From a virus, in IMG/VR virus record IMGVR_UViG_3300023174_000003, positions 1 through 64,000 of that record: a stretch of 64,000 nt of DNA. One strand, given 5' to 3'. The number at the start of each line of letters is the position of its first letter. Position 1 is the first letter of the stretch. The notes under the pieces were generated by a model, which had not been told where the DNA came from, did not search any database, and saw only the letters and a list, made by a program, of their open reading frames with translations. Positions 30,691 through 40,771 of the stretch are shown piece by piece. A program made the position numbers and the translations under genes.

Positions 30691-32235
30691 TTAACGAAAA
30701 AATAAACCTTTGGCTTCTGATATGCCCAATTCAGGAATAGTCACTTGTCCAAAAGGTGTGGGAAATTTCCATTTACCACCACGTTGTCTAGCAGCTTCTG
30801 CTTGTTTAAATTTAGTTTTGCGTAATTGATTTTCATAGGCTTCTTGTCTTGGAGTTATTTTAGAAGATCCTCCAAGTTGAGAAACTACTGCAATAGGATT
30901 AGCCGTTCTTGCAATACCTAATCCACCAGTCACAATACGAGCAGCTTGTGGACTAACCTTGCTTAAGATACCTGCACCCACACCAATAATAGGAGCAGTA
31001 GCTGCACCTGTTACATAGTCTCTTGCTATCAGTTGTGCTGTTTTACCAAGATCACCTCGTTCAGTAGCACTTCTAAATTCTGGATCAAATAAAGGTATAG
31101 ATCCTGCAATATTAGAAGCAGTATTAAAACCTGCGCCCAAAGGACCACGTTCTTGTAATATGTTTTTTCCAATTAAATAATTTCTAGTCCCAATTGTTTT
31201 TTGTAAAGTAGTAAAATCTGCAGCAGGTGTGGTATTTAAAGCACTTGGTTTAGATGCATCATACTTATTTAAAAATTCAGTATAAGGTTGAATAGGAAGT
31301 AACCGTTCATTCCCTCTGGTAAACATTTGTACATTTCCTGTACTTGGCCCATAAGCACCCCTTACACTGACTTCTGTCATAGGCCCTGCCAAGCCTGTTT
31401 TTTCATATAAATTAGCTCGCCAATCAGAATCACCTCCAGGACGTACGTTTTCATAACTTTCTCTAACTGGAGTTAATTGTGACACAGAACCAAAAGGTTT
31501 TTCTGCTTGCATAATTTCAGATTTAAATCTTTCTAATGTTTCATTTTTTAAATTTGAAGGTATCTCAAAACCTTTTTCATTTTTCCAATCACTTGGAGTT
31601 AACATTTTTCCACTCATTCGTGTGTATGGCACAGCTCTAGCGCGAATTCTTTCAATGTCTTCTTGAGTACTTTGACGAAGTGGTCCAGAATTTGAAAGAG
31701 GTGTTCCTGCATCTTCAGCTAAAAATGCAGCCCTTGAATCAACATAACTTCTAGGTTCGTTAAGTAATGCTGTGATTTCTTTTGTATTTAAATCAATAAC
31801 ATTTGGAGAAGTTTCAAAACCATAATCAACAGTATTTCCAGTAGGCACTCGAAAATCTTTTAGAAAACGTTGAGCAGCAACAGTTGGAGTTCCACTACCA
31901 GGGAAAGGAAGTGTTTCAAACTTCATTTGCCATGGGTTTTTAGTATTTGGATCAATAGATCCTTCAAGATTAATTAATTGTTCTTCTCCACCACTTAATC
32001 CCATTAGGTCAGATTGTATAATTTCTCGTTTAATATGTGGTCTTTCTCCAGGTAATTTATGACTCTCAGCTACTTCACTTATAACAGCGCCTGGAGTATT
32101 TAATATTCCTTTGCGTCCAATAATATTTCCTTCTCCATAAAAATCAAGAATCTCTTGATCTGTAGTTGTATTACGAAGATAGTCTGTTAAAAACTCATCA
32201 GCTTTTTGTTGTAAATTTGTAAATGGATTTGACAT
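30691..32235 (-). CDS. hypothetical protein (possible internal virion protein)
   Basis: 514-aa ORF. Confidence 0.7.
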   Translation of the reverse strand: MSNPFTNLQQKADEFLTDYLRNTTTDQEILDFYGEGNIIGRKGILNTPGAVISEVAESHKLPGERPHIKREIIQSDLMGLSGGEEQLINLEGSIDPNTKNPWQMKFETLPFPGSGTPTVAAQRFLKDFRVPTGNTVDYGFETSPNVIDLNTKEITALLNEPRSYVDSRAAFLAEDAGTPLSNSGPLRQSTQEDIERIRARAVPYTRMSGKMLTPSDWKNEKGFEIPSNLKNETLERFKSEIMQAEKPFGSVSQLTPVRESYENVRPGGDSDWRANLYEKTGLAGPMTEVSVRGAYGPSTGNVQMFTRGNERLLPIQPYTEFLNKYDASKPSALNTTPAADFTTLQKTIGTRNYLIGKNILQERGPLGAGFNTASNIAGSIPLFDPEFRSATERGDLGKTAQLIARDYVTGAATAPIIGVGAGILSKVSPQAARIVTGGLGIARTANPIAVVSQLGGSSKITPRQEAYENQLRKTKFKQAEAARQRGGKWKFPTPFGQVTIPELGISEAKGLFFR

Positions 32236-32786
32236 TAGTTATGCCTTAATGTAGCTTTTAAAAACCAAGTGGCTTTAAAAGTTTCTCCTGCTAGTTCTGC
32301 TGCATAATTTTCAATATCAATAGCTTCAACTTCTCTGGCAACCATAGCAAGATCTTTGGATTTCATAGCAAAGTCTTCTAGGTTTTTAAGATATGTCATC
32401 AGCATTGACCTGCCATCATAACTAGTGACATTGTCAAAGTCAGGATGTGCTTCCCTTAATCCACATGCACACATAGGCATGAGGTAGTCCATGCTACGCG
32501 TGAACTCAGCTAGCTTATCAAACTGTTCAACATGTGCTTCGTATTGTTCTTTTAAAAACTCATGGATAGAAAAGAAGTTACTGGCTTCATAGTTAAGATG
32601 ATTTAGATGAGCTTGGGTATAAAGTTGATTTGCGTAAGAAGCATGGCCAATCAACTGTTGAATAAAGGTAGGAATATCAGGCTTGGCTACTACAGCTTTA
32701 GTCTTTTTAGTTTTAGGTTCTACAACCTTAGGTTCCACCTGGGGCGCAGGAACATATTGTACGGGGGGTTGACCAGAGGTATACAT
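32235..32786 (-). CDS. Dps/ferritin-like protein
   Basis: AHLNHLN....NFFSIHEFL.EQYE......D.LAE ... K..WFL. Confidence 0.8.
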   Translation of the reverse strand: MYTSGQPPVQYVPAPQVEPKVVEPKTKKTKAVVAKPDIPTFIQQLIGHASYANQLYTQAHLNHLNYEASNFFSIHEFLKEQYEAHVEQFDKLAEFTRSMDYLMPMCACGLREAHPDFDNVTSYDGRSMLMTYLKNLEDFAMKSKDLAMVAREVEAIDIENYAAELAGETFKATWFLKATLRHN

Positions 32787-32863
32787 AAGTCTTTATCAAT
32801 ATGTATAGTCTATCAAACCTTATTTTAAAAATCTTAAATTAGAATAATAAAAAAGAGTTTGTT

Positions 32864-33199
32864 ATGGCTAACACAGAAAGTTTCTTTGTTACATACGATA
32901 CATTAACAGCACCTGGATCTGGAGTTGCAACACCTGTTCAACTAGGTAGTTCTATTAGTACAAGGAATTATGTTTTGTTTGTTACTGTTGCAGCTGTTAA
33001 CACTAACGTCATTGTTGCGTTAGAAGGTTCTATTGATGGTACAAATTATTCAAAAATAATTGCTAACAATACTATTACTGCTAATGGTACAACTCATTAC
33101 AATATTGCCAACCACCCAGTTAAATTTGTACAGCCTGTCTTTGTATCTGAATCAGGTGGTACAGCAGCTACTGTATTGTTTAGTGTAGGGGCAAATTAA
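32864..33199 (+). CDS. small beta-rich putative structural protein
   Basis: VALEGSIDGTNY motif; upstream TAGAAT box. Confidence 0.55.
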   Translation: MANTESFFVTYDTLTAPGSGVATPVQLGSSISTRNYVLFVTVAAVNTNVIVALEGSIDGTNYSKIIANNTITANGTTHYNIANHPVKFVQPVFVSESGGTAATVLFSVGAN

Positions 33200-33848
33200 T
33201 TTCTTGTTCTTTTATTGTATTCCAAAAGTAATCAGTCTCATCACCTAAAGCAAGACGATCATATGTGTTTTCTACTTGGTAATACTGAGTAGATACTTTA
33301 AAGTCAGGTGTTTTTGGTTCTGCTGGTGTCAAACTATTATCATAGATTCTTATTCTGTTATTAGGGTAAAGAGCATATTGACCATTCTCTAACTCAATTA
33401 AATTAAAAGATTTATGCTCAGCAGGGCTTTCACTGGTAGCATAATCAATTACATCAGGATCTTGATGATAATTATCTATAGTACAAAGATAAATTCCTTT
33501 TTGGTTTCCATGATCACGAGTATGAATCTCATAATCCATTGAACCAATAAATTGTTTCTGTACAACAGTTATTCCATAGTCCATACAATTCCAAAACTGT
33601 AAGTTTGGAAGACTCATATCAGGAGAAGGCGTAGCAGGTAATGAAGTGAATGCACTGATAGGCAACTTATCATACATAGCTGCATACTCAGGTAGATAAG
33701 TTTCAAAATAAAAGGTGCGTCCAGGCATTGACTTAACAGATACCCACACACCTTTAACAAATTCACCCCATCCACCTTGGTGATCCATCAAATATTCTTT
33801 ACGTACCCATACTTCTTGTGATGGAAGATTAGCAATCAAACAAGCCAT
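33180..33848 (-). CDS. conserved phage hypothetical protein
   Basis: L.ANLP...VWVRKEYL.DH, KLPISAF, EHKSFN.I.L.NGQ.ALYPNNR. Confidence 0.7.
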   Translation of the reverse strand: MACLIANLPSQEVWVRKEYLMDHQGGWGEFVKGVWVSVKSMPGRTFYFETYLPEYAAMYDKLPISAFTSLPATPSPDMSLPNLQFWNCMDYGITVVQKQFIGSMDYEIHTRDHGNQKGIYLCTIDNYHQDPDVIDYATSESPAEHKSFNLIELENGQYALYPNNRIRIYDNSLTPAEPKTPDFKVSTQYYQVENTYDRLALGDETDYFWNTIKEQEINLPLH

Positions 33849-33871
33849 CTGTATCTTTTAGCTATATCTTA

Positions 33872-34018
33872 TTAGTCTATAAGATCATTTGTAAAAACAT
33901 CAAGGTCTTTACCCTGGATACCAGCGCAGGCTTTCTGATAAAAGTAACAGTCAGTTTTACCAGCCGCCTCCAAGGCGGCTTTAACTTTTTTCCATTTAAT
34001 AATTTGTTCTTCTTCCAT
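33872..34018 (-). CDS. 48-aa cyanophage-type small protein (below ORF-track cutoff)
   Basis: MEEEQIIKWKKVKAALEAAGKTDCYFYQKACAGIQGKD... Confidence 0.65.
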   Translation of the reverse strand: MEEEQIIKWKKVKAALEAAGKTDCYFYQKACAGIQGKDLDVFTNDLID

Positions 34019-34353
34019 CAGAATACAAAAGGTTGGGGAAGGGTTTCTTTAAAAAACACTGAATGTATTTCTTCAGCAATTCTTTGTTCTTTATTGGTGC
34101 GCTTGAGTTCATCTTCTATTACCCGTTTGAATTCCTCATAGTATTCTTCTGGGGTCAATTGATTTTCACTTACAAATTCAATATAGATGTCATACAAACA
34201 TTCATATAAACGTTTCTTATATGTTTCTTTATTAGTCTTTAAATACGTGCTTGTTTCCCTTGCATCTTTAGCCCCTAAAGAACCCCAAGCTTGGTTGCGT
34301 TCCTTCTCTGCCTTTGCCAGCAATTCAGAAAAAGACATAATAATACTTGTCAT
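34018..34353 (-). CDS. hypothetical protein
   Basis: ORF track. Confidence 0.55.
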   Translation of the reverse strand: MTSIIMSFSELLAKAEKERNQAWGSLGAKDARETSTYLKTNKETYKKRLYECLYDIYIEFVSENQLTPEEYYEEFKRVIEDELKRTNKEQRIAEEIHSVFFKETLPQPFVF

Positions 34354-34425
34354 AGCAATACTTTTTCAGGATAATGCAAATTTGACATTTTATGAAAATT
34401 CAATAACAAAGAAATTCTATAGCTT

Positions 34426-34680
34426 TTAAATAATTGTTTTAGTAGTATCCGCTACTTCTTTTTTACCTGGCCGTTCATACCCATACTGGACCAACCAATC
34501 CCTAAATGCCTCACCCGTAGGTGTTTTTACTGGCCATGCCACCCATTTAACCAATGCTTTTACATCAATAAACAACCCTGTGACATGGGGTTTCCATGCA
34601 ATGAATACCAAAGGGGGACCTTCTCTGGATACCTCAACTTTTACTGATAGTCCCCCAGCTTTAAACTCATCTTCTTTCAT
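34426..34680 (-). CDS. hypothetical protein
   Basis: ORF in coupled run. Confidence 0.6.
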   Translation of the reverse strand: MKEDEFKAGGLSVKVEVSREGPPLVFIAWKPHVTGLFIDVKALVKWVAWPVKTPTGEAFRDWLVQYGYERPGKKEVADTTKTII

Positions 34681-34949
34681 CGATCAAATTCAGGTTCTTG
34701 TACCTGAGCAGCTTCTTCTTCTGCTAAAGCCTGGGCCGCAGCTTGCCGTAGTGCCACATCCAAATTAAAATCTTCAATAAATTTTAACCTTTGAAAGTAT
34801 TCATCTCTGCAATGGACAGCTGCTTCATCTTTAAATTTCTCCCATAAACCTGTGTACAATCCATTACCAGGCTGGTACACATCATAGATGTGGTCCATGA
34901 AGTCAGCCTTCTGTTGTTCTTTTATAGAATCAATAAACATTGCTTTCAT
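34677..34949 (-). CDS. hypothetical protein
   Basis: ORF in coupled run. Confidence 0.6.
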   Translation of the reverse strand: MKAMFIDSIKEQQKADFMDHIYDVYQPGNGLYTGLWEKFKDEAAVHCRDEYFQRLKFIEDFNLDVALRQAAAQALAEEEAAQVQEPEFDR

Positions 34950-35133
34950 CTACATTGGTAATATTTGTGAACACACCTTGGACATCAGGTGTCAACTCAA
35001 AGAGCAGGTCAGCAATCTTATCCTGAAGCAGCTCACCTACTTCTGTTGTAGTACGCCCATTGAATGGGTCATAGATTATTTCAAGGTCAACAGCAAATGA
35101 AATTGTAATGATGGGCTTGGGATCGGTTTTCAT
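34930..35133 (-). CDS. hypothetical protein
   Basis: ORF in coupled run. Confidence 0.55.
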   Translation of the reverse strand: MKTDPKPIITISFAVDLEIIYDPFNGRTTTEVGELLQDKIADLLFELTPDVQGVFTNITNVDESNVY

Positions 35134-35159
35134 CTCTTAAATGAGAGTACTCAGAAAGT

Positions 35160-35387
35160 CTAGCTTCCTTTTGGAGGATTGGAACCAATACCAATCAGTG
35201 TTGCTAATAGTGCTGACAAGGTTCCTGCTGCTCGTTCCCCTGGTGCTTTACAGACTGACAAGGATTGATCAGCTGCATTACCGCGTGGTATTAGATAGAA
35301 CATACATGCTGCCCAGTCAGCAACCGATAAACTTGCACTGGTAACCACCACTGCCAGAATACAAGTAGACAACCATTTAGCCATCAC
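35160..35387 (-). CDS. small two-TM membrane protein
   Basis: two hydrophobic segments. Confidence 0.55.
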   Translation of the reverse strand: MMAKWLSTCILAVVVTSASLSVADWAACMFYLIPRGNAADQSLSVCKAPGERAAGTLSALLATLIGIGSNPPKGS

Positions 35388-35644
35388 CCCTCCAGCAAAC
35401 GTTCTAAGGTATTAACCTGTTGCTGCTGGTACACACCCAACCGTTCTTCAATTAGATTGTTATAAGCAATGGCAGCATCAACTAACTCAGCTGGTTCAGA
35501 CTGAGAACATACTGAGTCATTAGCAAGAAGTGCAGCAACCAAAATGGTTACCCGCATCTCTTGCTTAGTACCAATCAATGCTGGCAACGGGGTGCCACCA
35601 TTGGTAAATGCTTCTAACAGATTGTACAAATGTTGAATGTCCAC
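35384..35644 (-). CDS. hypothetical protein
   Basis: ORF track. Confidence 0.6.
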   Translation of the reverse strand: MDIQHLYNLLEAFTNGGTPLPALIGTKQEMRVTILVAALLANDSVCSQSEPAELVDAAIAYNNLIEERLGVYQQQQVNTLERLLEG

Positions 35645-35734
35645 AGTAAGTAAGCAGAAGAAGATGGCCTGAACGTAATATAACTCAAGGTTATAACAGG
35701 GGTTCAGGCTCTATCTCTTCTACTTTAACACCTA

Positions 35735-36202
35735 CTACTTCTCTGCTTTTACCATGTGATACCAATAAGCCCTTGCTGCTGTTAGGTGAAAACGTTTGCC
35801 ACCTAATAACTTATACTTTTTATTTTCTGTTTCCTCTAGCTCATCTTCTTGGTACGGTAGGACTTCATCTTCAGCTAGACGTGAACGATTGATCTCATTC
35901 ATTTCTATCTGTAAACCAAAGTCTTCTGCCGCATGGTAATGACACGACATCTTAATATGTGCATCATCAACACTAGTAGGAGGTTCAATCTTGTAATAAA
36001 AGTTCTCCGTTACATTCGGATGCTTCCACTTCCAGCCGTTTAGATGTGAGTAGTCTTTTTGGTCGGACTGAGTATTCTTGGACAATTTTGATTCCATAGG
36101 GAATTGCTTGGCCTGCTTGGTAAGAGTTTCGGAGTGCATCAAGGTTAGGTAGTATTTCAGATTTAGTTTTAGGCTCAGTTTTCTCTTCGAGAACTGATCC
36201 AT
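35735..36202 (-). CDS. hypothetical protein (start uncertain)
   Basis: ORF track; overlaps upstream gene. Confidence 0.55.
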   Translation of the reverse strand: MDQFSKRKLSLKLNLKYYLTLMHSETLTKQAKQFPMESKLSKNTQSDQKDYSHLNGWKWKHPNVTENFYYKIEPPTSVDDAHIKMSCHYHAAEDFGLQIEMNEINRSRLAEDEVLPYQEDELEETENKKYKLLGGKRFHLTAARAYWYHMVKAEK

Positions 36203-36695
36203 CCATGGATCGTACCACGGTTTGTTTTGTTGTTGTGACCTCTTGAATCAAACAGAATTTTTGCTGTTCCTCTGGGGTCCAATCATCTACGTTACTATTG
36301 ATGGTAACTGTGAGAGCTGGTTTTCGTACAAGAACAAACTCATAGTTGCGACCTGTAATTCTGTTTTCTTTAATGACGCCTGATCGACGTATCCAATTAA
36401 GTAGTCCTTTGAGTCCAGTGAGCTGGGTCTCGTGATGTTTCTTTGCTGTTGACAGCAGCTCTTGTTCTTTTTTGACACGCTCTAAAGCATCCTCATGGGC
36501 AGACATTGCATAATAGATGCGATCAATCTTATCTGATCGCAGGTTAGCAGTTTGTTCTAGCTCTGCTTTACATAAGACTTGTGACTCTGGTGTAAGCAAA
36601 GGTAGGCTACGCTCTAGAACTTGATAGTGTTCATATAGCTTTAGTACATTGAGTTGATCAAGTTTAGTTGCTGTAACTTGAGTTGAGTTAGTCAT
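35985..36695 (-). CDS. Gp157/Mu Gam-like coiled-coil protein
   Basis: KIDRI.Y.......L...KKE...L...KK..E.....LK; PNLDALR.....G..IP.G. Confidence 0.6.
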   Translation of the reverse strand: MTNSTQVTATKLDQLNVLKLYEHYQVLERSLPLLTPESQVLCKAELEQTANLRSDKIDRIYYAMSAHEDALERVKKEQELLSTAKKHHETQLTGLKGLLNWIRRSGVIKENRITGRNYEFVLVRKPALTVTINSNVDDWTPEEQQKFCLIQEVTTTKQTVVRSMDGSVLEEKTEPKTKSEILPNLDALRNSYQAGQAIPYGIKIVQEYSVRPKRLLTSKRLEVEASECNGELLLQD

Positions 36696-36701
36696 TGTTG
36701 T

Positions 36702-36815
36702 TTAAGCAAACTGTGATTTGATTTTGTTTAAAGCCCAAGTAATAGCAATAGCACTTACCATAAGTAATAGGTCTTTGCAAACAGAACAAACAATAGGAAA
36801 CAAGAAGTCAAACAT
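36702..36815 (-). CDS. 37-aa hydrophobic peptide (below cutoff)
   Basis: MFDFLFPIVCSVCKDLLLMVSAIAITWALNKIKSQFA directly after a family-1 element. Confidence 0.55.
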   Translation of the reverse strand: MFDFLFPIVCSVCKDLLLMVSAIAITWALNKIKSQFA

Positions 36816-36836
36816 TGGAGTAAGTAATGAGTGGAT

Positions 36837-36862
36837 AACAGTTTAACGTCTTGTTTAGGACG
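36837..36862 (-). promoter_or_regulatory. family-1 pseudoknot leader element, copy 1
   Basis: CGUC-CUAAACAA-GACG-UUAAAC-UGUU. Confidence 0.8.
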
Positions 36863-36872
36863 ATAAATACTT

Positions 36873-37808
36873 TTAAGTTGTTTTGTAAGAAAGTTGAGGA
36901 AGACTGGTGCCAGGGAATGGAACAAACCCTGCATTTAGCATAGCGTCAAACAGATCCCATGCATCATCTGCAGTGTAGTGTTCCTGTGGTTTGTACGTAC
37001 GCCAGTGCGACATAGGTGCCATAGATCCCGACTTGGTATACAAGACAAGGAACCGACCCTTTGACTTATGGTCTTCTGGTGGAGCATACCACCAAGCTGC
37101 AGCGTTATCAGGAGCAGACCCTCTGTACTGATCACGTACCTCAGAGCGTTTAACCAATAGCTCACGATACTTCTTGAACCAAGTTAAATGAATGCACCAC
37201 GGCTTATAGTCTTGGATCTCTTGCTGGAACTCAGACAGGTCTGTTAGCTGCCGCTGGAATGAACCACAAGAACAATAAGGTTCTTTGACTTTTTGTTGTG
37301 CAGTAACTTCTTCTAGATCAGAGTCCATATCTACTTCCTCATCAGGATCATAGAATCCTTCTGGTGCAATCAAGTGGCCAAGATCTGTATGCTCACTTTG
37401 CAACATAGCCTTAAGCTTGTCTTTACTCTTAAGGTAAATGAACTTATCAATCCATTCTCTTTGGAGTAACGCTTGACCAGTCTTGTGACTTAGCTGGTGT
37501 TGATAATGCCAACCTTTTAGCATTACGTAAGAGTTGTTATGCCAGATACCAGGACCTCTATAGTTAGGACCAAGGTATGCAAAGAAGTTTTTAAGACGAC
37601 CAGTAAATTGTTGGTGTGCATTAATTACACTTTGCTTAGGCACTAATAGCTCAGTGCCATCTTGATGTACTACAACAATATTGTTATCACGTAGATAGAT
37701 CCCACTTACAGTGGTCTCATCAAACTCTGGTAGTGCACGTCTAATATTGCTAATAGAATAGATTTGTTTTTGTGCAGAATTGAATTGGTCTTGAATTAGA
37801 TTGTTCAT
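36873..37808 (-). CDS. SWIM Zn-finger protein
   Basis: CSCGSF...WCIH. Confidence 0.7.
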   Translation of the reverse strand: MNNLIQDQFNSAQKQIYSISNIRRALPEFDETTVSGIYLRDNNIVVVHQDGTELLVPKQSVINAHQQFTGRLKNFFAYLGPNYRGPGIWHNNSYVMLKGWHYQHQLSHKTGQALLQREWIDKFIYLKSKDKLKAMLQSEHTDLGHLIAPEGFYDPDEEVDMDSDLEEVTAQQKVKEPYCSCGSFQRQLTDLSEFQQEIQDYKPWCIHLTWFKKYRELLVKRSEVRDQYRGSAPDNAAAWWYAPPEDHKSKGRFLVLYTKSGSMAPMSHWRTYKPQEHYTADDAWDLFDAMLNAGFVPFPGTSLPQLSYKTT

Positions 37809-37829
37809 TGGTTAAAATTGAGTTGATGA

Positions 37830-38045
37830 TTAGATGAACAGGTCGTCCTGCTCTGCCGGAATCTTAGCAGAGCTAGGGGCAGAGTCGTAGGCCCTCTTAC
37901 CAATTCTTAATAAACCATAGGCAAGCATCCCCCACGTAACAGGGTTAGCAAGTGATGCTGCAAGGAGTGTTCCCCCTACGGCATAGGGTGCCGTGTGTTT
38001 GATAGCAGCTTTTAGTTTTGTGTTCATGGTGGTAGCATTGAGCAA
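37830..38045 (-). CDS. small membrane protein
   Basis: hydrophobic segment. Confidence 0.5.
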   Translation of the reverse strand: MLNATTMNTKLKAAIKHTAPYAVGGTLLAASLANPVTWGMLAYGLLRIGKRAYDSAPSSAKIPAEQDDLFI

Positions 38046-38047
38046 AG

Positions 38048-38320
38048 TTGTTCAGGCTTATGGAAATCAAAGTCATGCCCTTAAGTAAATTAGAACTTGA
38101 CCCAGGGTTAGGTGATTTGTTCTGGAAAGAAAAAGTACAACGAGAGATTAACGAGAATACCTCAGTCAATGAACTAAGACAGTACGCATCTCTGTTGTTG
38201 TCTCTTGCAGTACAACGTCAAGGAATAATAAAAGGACTTGCAAAAGAATTGCTCACTATCAAACATCTATTGATAGATGATAGTGAGCTTGCCAATCCTG
38301 AGATTACACCAGAGGGTTAG
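38048..38320 (+). CDS. helical hypothetical protein, possibly a divergent NblA-like
   Basis: lone plus-strand ORF; L.D.F...K.QREI.....NELR..A.LL pattern. Confidence 0.5.
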   Translation: MFRLMEIKVMPLSKLELDPGLGDLFWKEKVQREINENTSVNELRQYASLLLSLAVQRQGIIKGLAKELLTIKHLLIDDSELANPEITPEG

Positions 38321-38811
38321 ATGAGTGAATCATCTATTTTTAAATACTTATTACGATATAAAGAATTATGTATTTTTAAATATTTAGTTACGGTATAAGT
38401 ACAACAACCCATTTCAGCTGCAACATTAACACGAGATAAACCTTGAGATTTAAGTCTTAAAATTTTTTCTTGTTGTTCATTGGTTAATTTCCAAGGATGT
38501 TGACCAAGTTTTGCACGATTGCGGTCATGCATATCTTTAATATTATCTGTTTGAGTTCCAGGCAATAAATGCAATGGGTTGCAACAAGATCTATTATCAC
38601 AAGTATGCCGAATAATAATCTTTGGAGTTAATGCAATATTATAATGATGCTCATAACTCCAGCGATGTGCAAGCATTGCTTTTTGGTTGCGTTTTGGATA
38701 ACCATACCCATCTTTATGCCAGCGTTTACCTATGTACGGCCAACAAGAATTAAGACCCCCGAAGGGGTCAATCATTGCTAGCAAACTAATAGAGTTGTTT
38801 GCTATTGTCAT
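38317..38811 (-). CDS. HNH homing endonuclease with C-terminal HTH
   Basis: CWPY.G....DGYG...AHR.SY...IRHTCDNRSCCNPLHL..GT..DN..DM. Confidence 0.9.
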   Translation of the reverse strand: MTIANNSISLLAMIDPFGGLNSCWPYIGKRWHKDGYGYPKRNQKAMLAHRWSYEHHYNIALTPKIIIRHTCDNRSCCNPLHLLPGTQTDNIKDMHDRNRAKLGQHPWKLTNEQQEKILRLKSQGLSRVNVAAEMGCCTYTVTKYLKIHNSLYRNKYLKIDDSLI

Positions 38812-39881
38812 TAGATTAATCCATCATCCTCTCCAGTAACGGGATCCCTGGCACTAGGCAAAGCAGTTACATCAACTTCTTTGGTGTTACGTAGTTCAGG
38901 TAGTATCTCTACTCCCTCTCGTATTCCATAGGCACCACCAAGCTTTGCAGCATCCTGCTTAGCATGTTGATTGATATAGTCCTGGAACATTACCTGGTAC
39001 TTCCAAGTTGATTCCCGATCTTCATCAGGAATACTCATTGCATTTAATGATTCAACGGCGGCTTCTTGTGTGCTGTAATCAGGGATATCAAACCCTTCAA
39101 TAGCACATATCTCAACGTTATTAGCGCCGCGCATGTCATTAACAAGCTGAGGTGCAAATACTGTTGTTGCATAAAACTTCTCGTTAAACATCAGTGGAAT
39201 CTCAGAGTCAAGTGCCTTGCTCAAACACTTAGACATCTCCTTCTCATACAACTTAATCTTCTCGGCTGCATCAGTACCATTAAGTCCTTTTAAGGTAAGG
39301 ACCATAGGTAGCTTATGTGCCCGTTGATTTTCTGTAGTAAGGATAAAGATTAAGTATTTGGTACGTACACTGTACTTACGTTTGTACATCTCGCCTTTAC
39401 TGTTAGCAAGATCAGCAGCAACCTTGTCATTATCCCAGAGGGATTTGACTTGATCGTTGTCAAACGTACCAATTGTTTGCCTCATCCCTGTGGTTTCCTC
39501 AACCATGAGGGGAGAACGTAGAAGGACTTGAACTCTAGGCTGAGTGAAATTGAGTCCTTCTTCAATTGAAGTATTGGGAGCCATACCGAAAGTCTGCTTG
39601 TAGTTCCAGATAACAGAACCCTTAGCAAATTGATCTTCAGTTGCGCTCCATCCGCAAGTATCCAGGTCTGATATCCGCACGAACCAACCTCTTGTCTTAG
39701 ATTTGTTGAGGGGTTGGATTGTGACGAAGTTCTGGTATCCTGAAACAAATTCTTTAGATTGAAATAACGCAAAAGATTCCAAGCCACGTGTTGCAATAGC
39801 AGAAGTTTTTTTCATAGCCATGGTCGAGGTTAGTTTCGTAGTAGGTGAGTTGGTCGTGGTGTCAAACAAAGTGCTAGTCAT
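38811..39881 (-). CDS. conserved replication/recombination-region protein (DUF5895-like, tentative)
   Basis: PRVQVLLRSPL, R..YLIF.L..N..AHK.P.VLTLKG; start reset to the ATG after family-1 copy 2. Confidence 0.6.
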   Translation of the reverse strand: MTSTLFDTTTNSPTTKLTSTMAMKKTSAIATRGLESFALFQSKEFVSGYQNFVTIQPLNKSKTRGWFVRISDLDTCGWSATEDQFAKGSVIWNYKQTFGMAPNTSIEEGLNFTQPRVQVLLRSPLMVEETTGMRQTIGTFDNDQVKSLWDNDKVAADLANSKGEMYKRKYSVRTKYLIFILTTENQRAHKLPMVLTLKGLNGTDAAEKIKLYEKEMSKCLSKALDSEIPLMFNEKFYATTVFAPQLVNDMRGANNVEICAIEGFDIPDYSTQEAAVESLNAMSIPDEDRESTWKYQVMFQDYINQHAKQDAAKLGGAYGIREGVEILPELRNTKEVDVTALPSARDPVTGEDDGLI

Positions 39882-39901
39882 TTGAGTAGCGAGGTTGGAC
39901 A

Positions 39902-39930
39902 CAGGCAGTTTAGCGTCATGCCTGAGGACG
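39902..39930 (-). promoter_or_regulatory. family-1 element, copy 2
   Basis: CGUC-CUCAGGCAU-GACG-CUAAAC-UGCCUG. Confidence 0.8.
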
Positions 39931-39949
39931 GGCCAGCTATCTTAACAAT

Positions 39950-40750
39950 TCAGAAAGGTGCGTTGGCATCGTTGGAGTCAAAGCGCCCAGGTAGATCAGG
40001 CAAGTTGTTACCTACGTTCTGTCCCCAGGGCTCAGCAATTTCATCAGCAGTCTTACCACCCCATAGGCTTTGAGGTGCATCAGATGAGGTTGTGGTCTGT
40101 GCTTTGATACCACCAGAAGACTCTTGGACCTTGGGTGCTAGTGTCATTGATACCAACTGGATCTTGGTATTAGATTTACGTTCTTTAGTTTCTTTATCTA
40201 ACCAAGAATCAGTAATCAATCTTCCCTGGATCGTAAGCCCAGTTCCTTTCCTTGTCATGTTTGCTAGTAGTTCAGCTTGATTAAATCTGTCAGTAGCTGA
40301 GTTAATAGCATAGAAGTTAAACAGGTCAGCTTGACCTTTACCAGTGCTAACAGATAGTGATTGATTAACAATCATTAAACCTTCTGCAGTTGTTCTGAAT
40401 GAACGTTCATCTTCTTGGTTAATATCTTTTACACAGCGACCACTAAGGATAACTGTATTTAAGATAGGGAATGATTCATTAACAATAGCTATTACGCCAC
40501 CATGTAATGAGAATGTGCGTGACTCTAAATCATGACGTAGCTTTGCACCATGGATATAGATGTGTGATCCCTTAGGAGTCTTTAGAAAACGCTCTGAACT
40601 TTTACCGTAGACATTTAGTTCAATAGCCGTTGCCGACTTATTGCCTACTGGAGGTAGTAGTACAGGACAACGTACGGCTGTATTAGTAGCCGATATGTAA
40701 ACCTCAGTTGGTTCTTGAGTTGTTTGTGCGCAAAGACTTGCAAAGTTCAT
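39950..40750 (-). CDS. ssb: single-stranded DNA-binding protein (tandem OB-fold)
   Basis: NTVILSGR...KGTGLTIQGRL..DSW.DKET.E.KS; acidic APF C-terminus; start reset to ATG 40750. Confidence 0.8.
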   Translation of the reverse strand: MNFASLCAQTTQEPTEVYISATNTAVRCPVLLPPVGNKSATAIELNVYGKSSERFLKTPKGSHIYIHGAKLRHDLESRTFSLHGGVIAIVNESFPILNTVILSGRCVKDINQEDERSFRTTAEGLMIVNQSLSVSTGKGQADLFNFYAINSATDRFNQAELLANMTRKGTGLTIQGRLITDSWLDKETKERKSNTKIQLVSMTLAPKVQESSGGIKAQTTTSSDAPQSLWGGKTADEIAEPWGQNVGNNLPDLPGRFDSNDANAPF

Positions 40751-40771
40751 GGAATTAAAAAGAAAAGTGGA

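Noticed and set aside
33963-33991. Terminator AGCCGCC/GGCGGCT plus T-run
   Set aside because: Lies inside a plausible 48-aa minus-strand ORF (KAALEAA) and no plus-strand gene ends nearby
39902-39930. Pistol or HDV/theta ribozyme
   Set aside because: Only the P1+UUAAA+pseudoknot resemblance is present; the catalytic P2/P3 (pistol) and nested P3/P1.1 (HDV) cannot be formed
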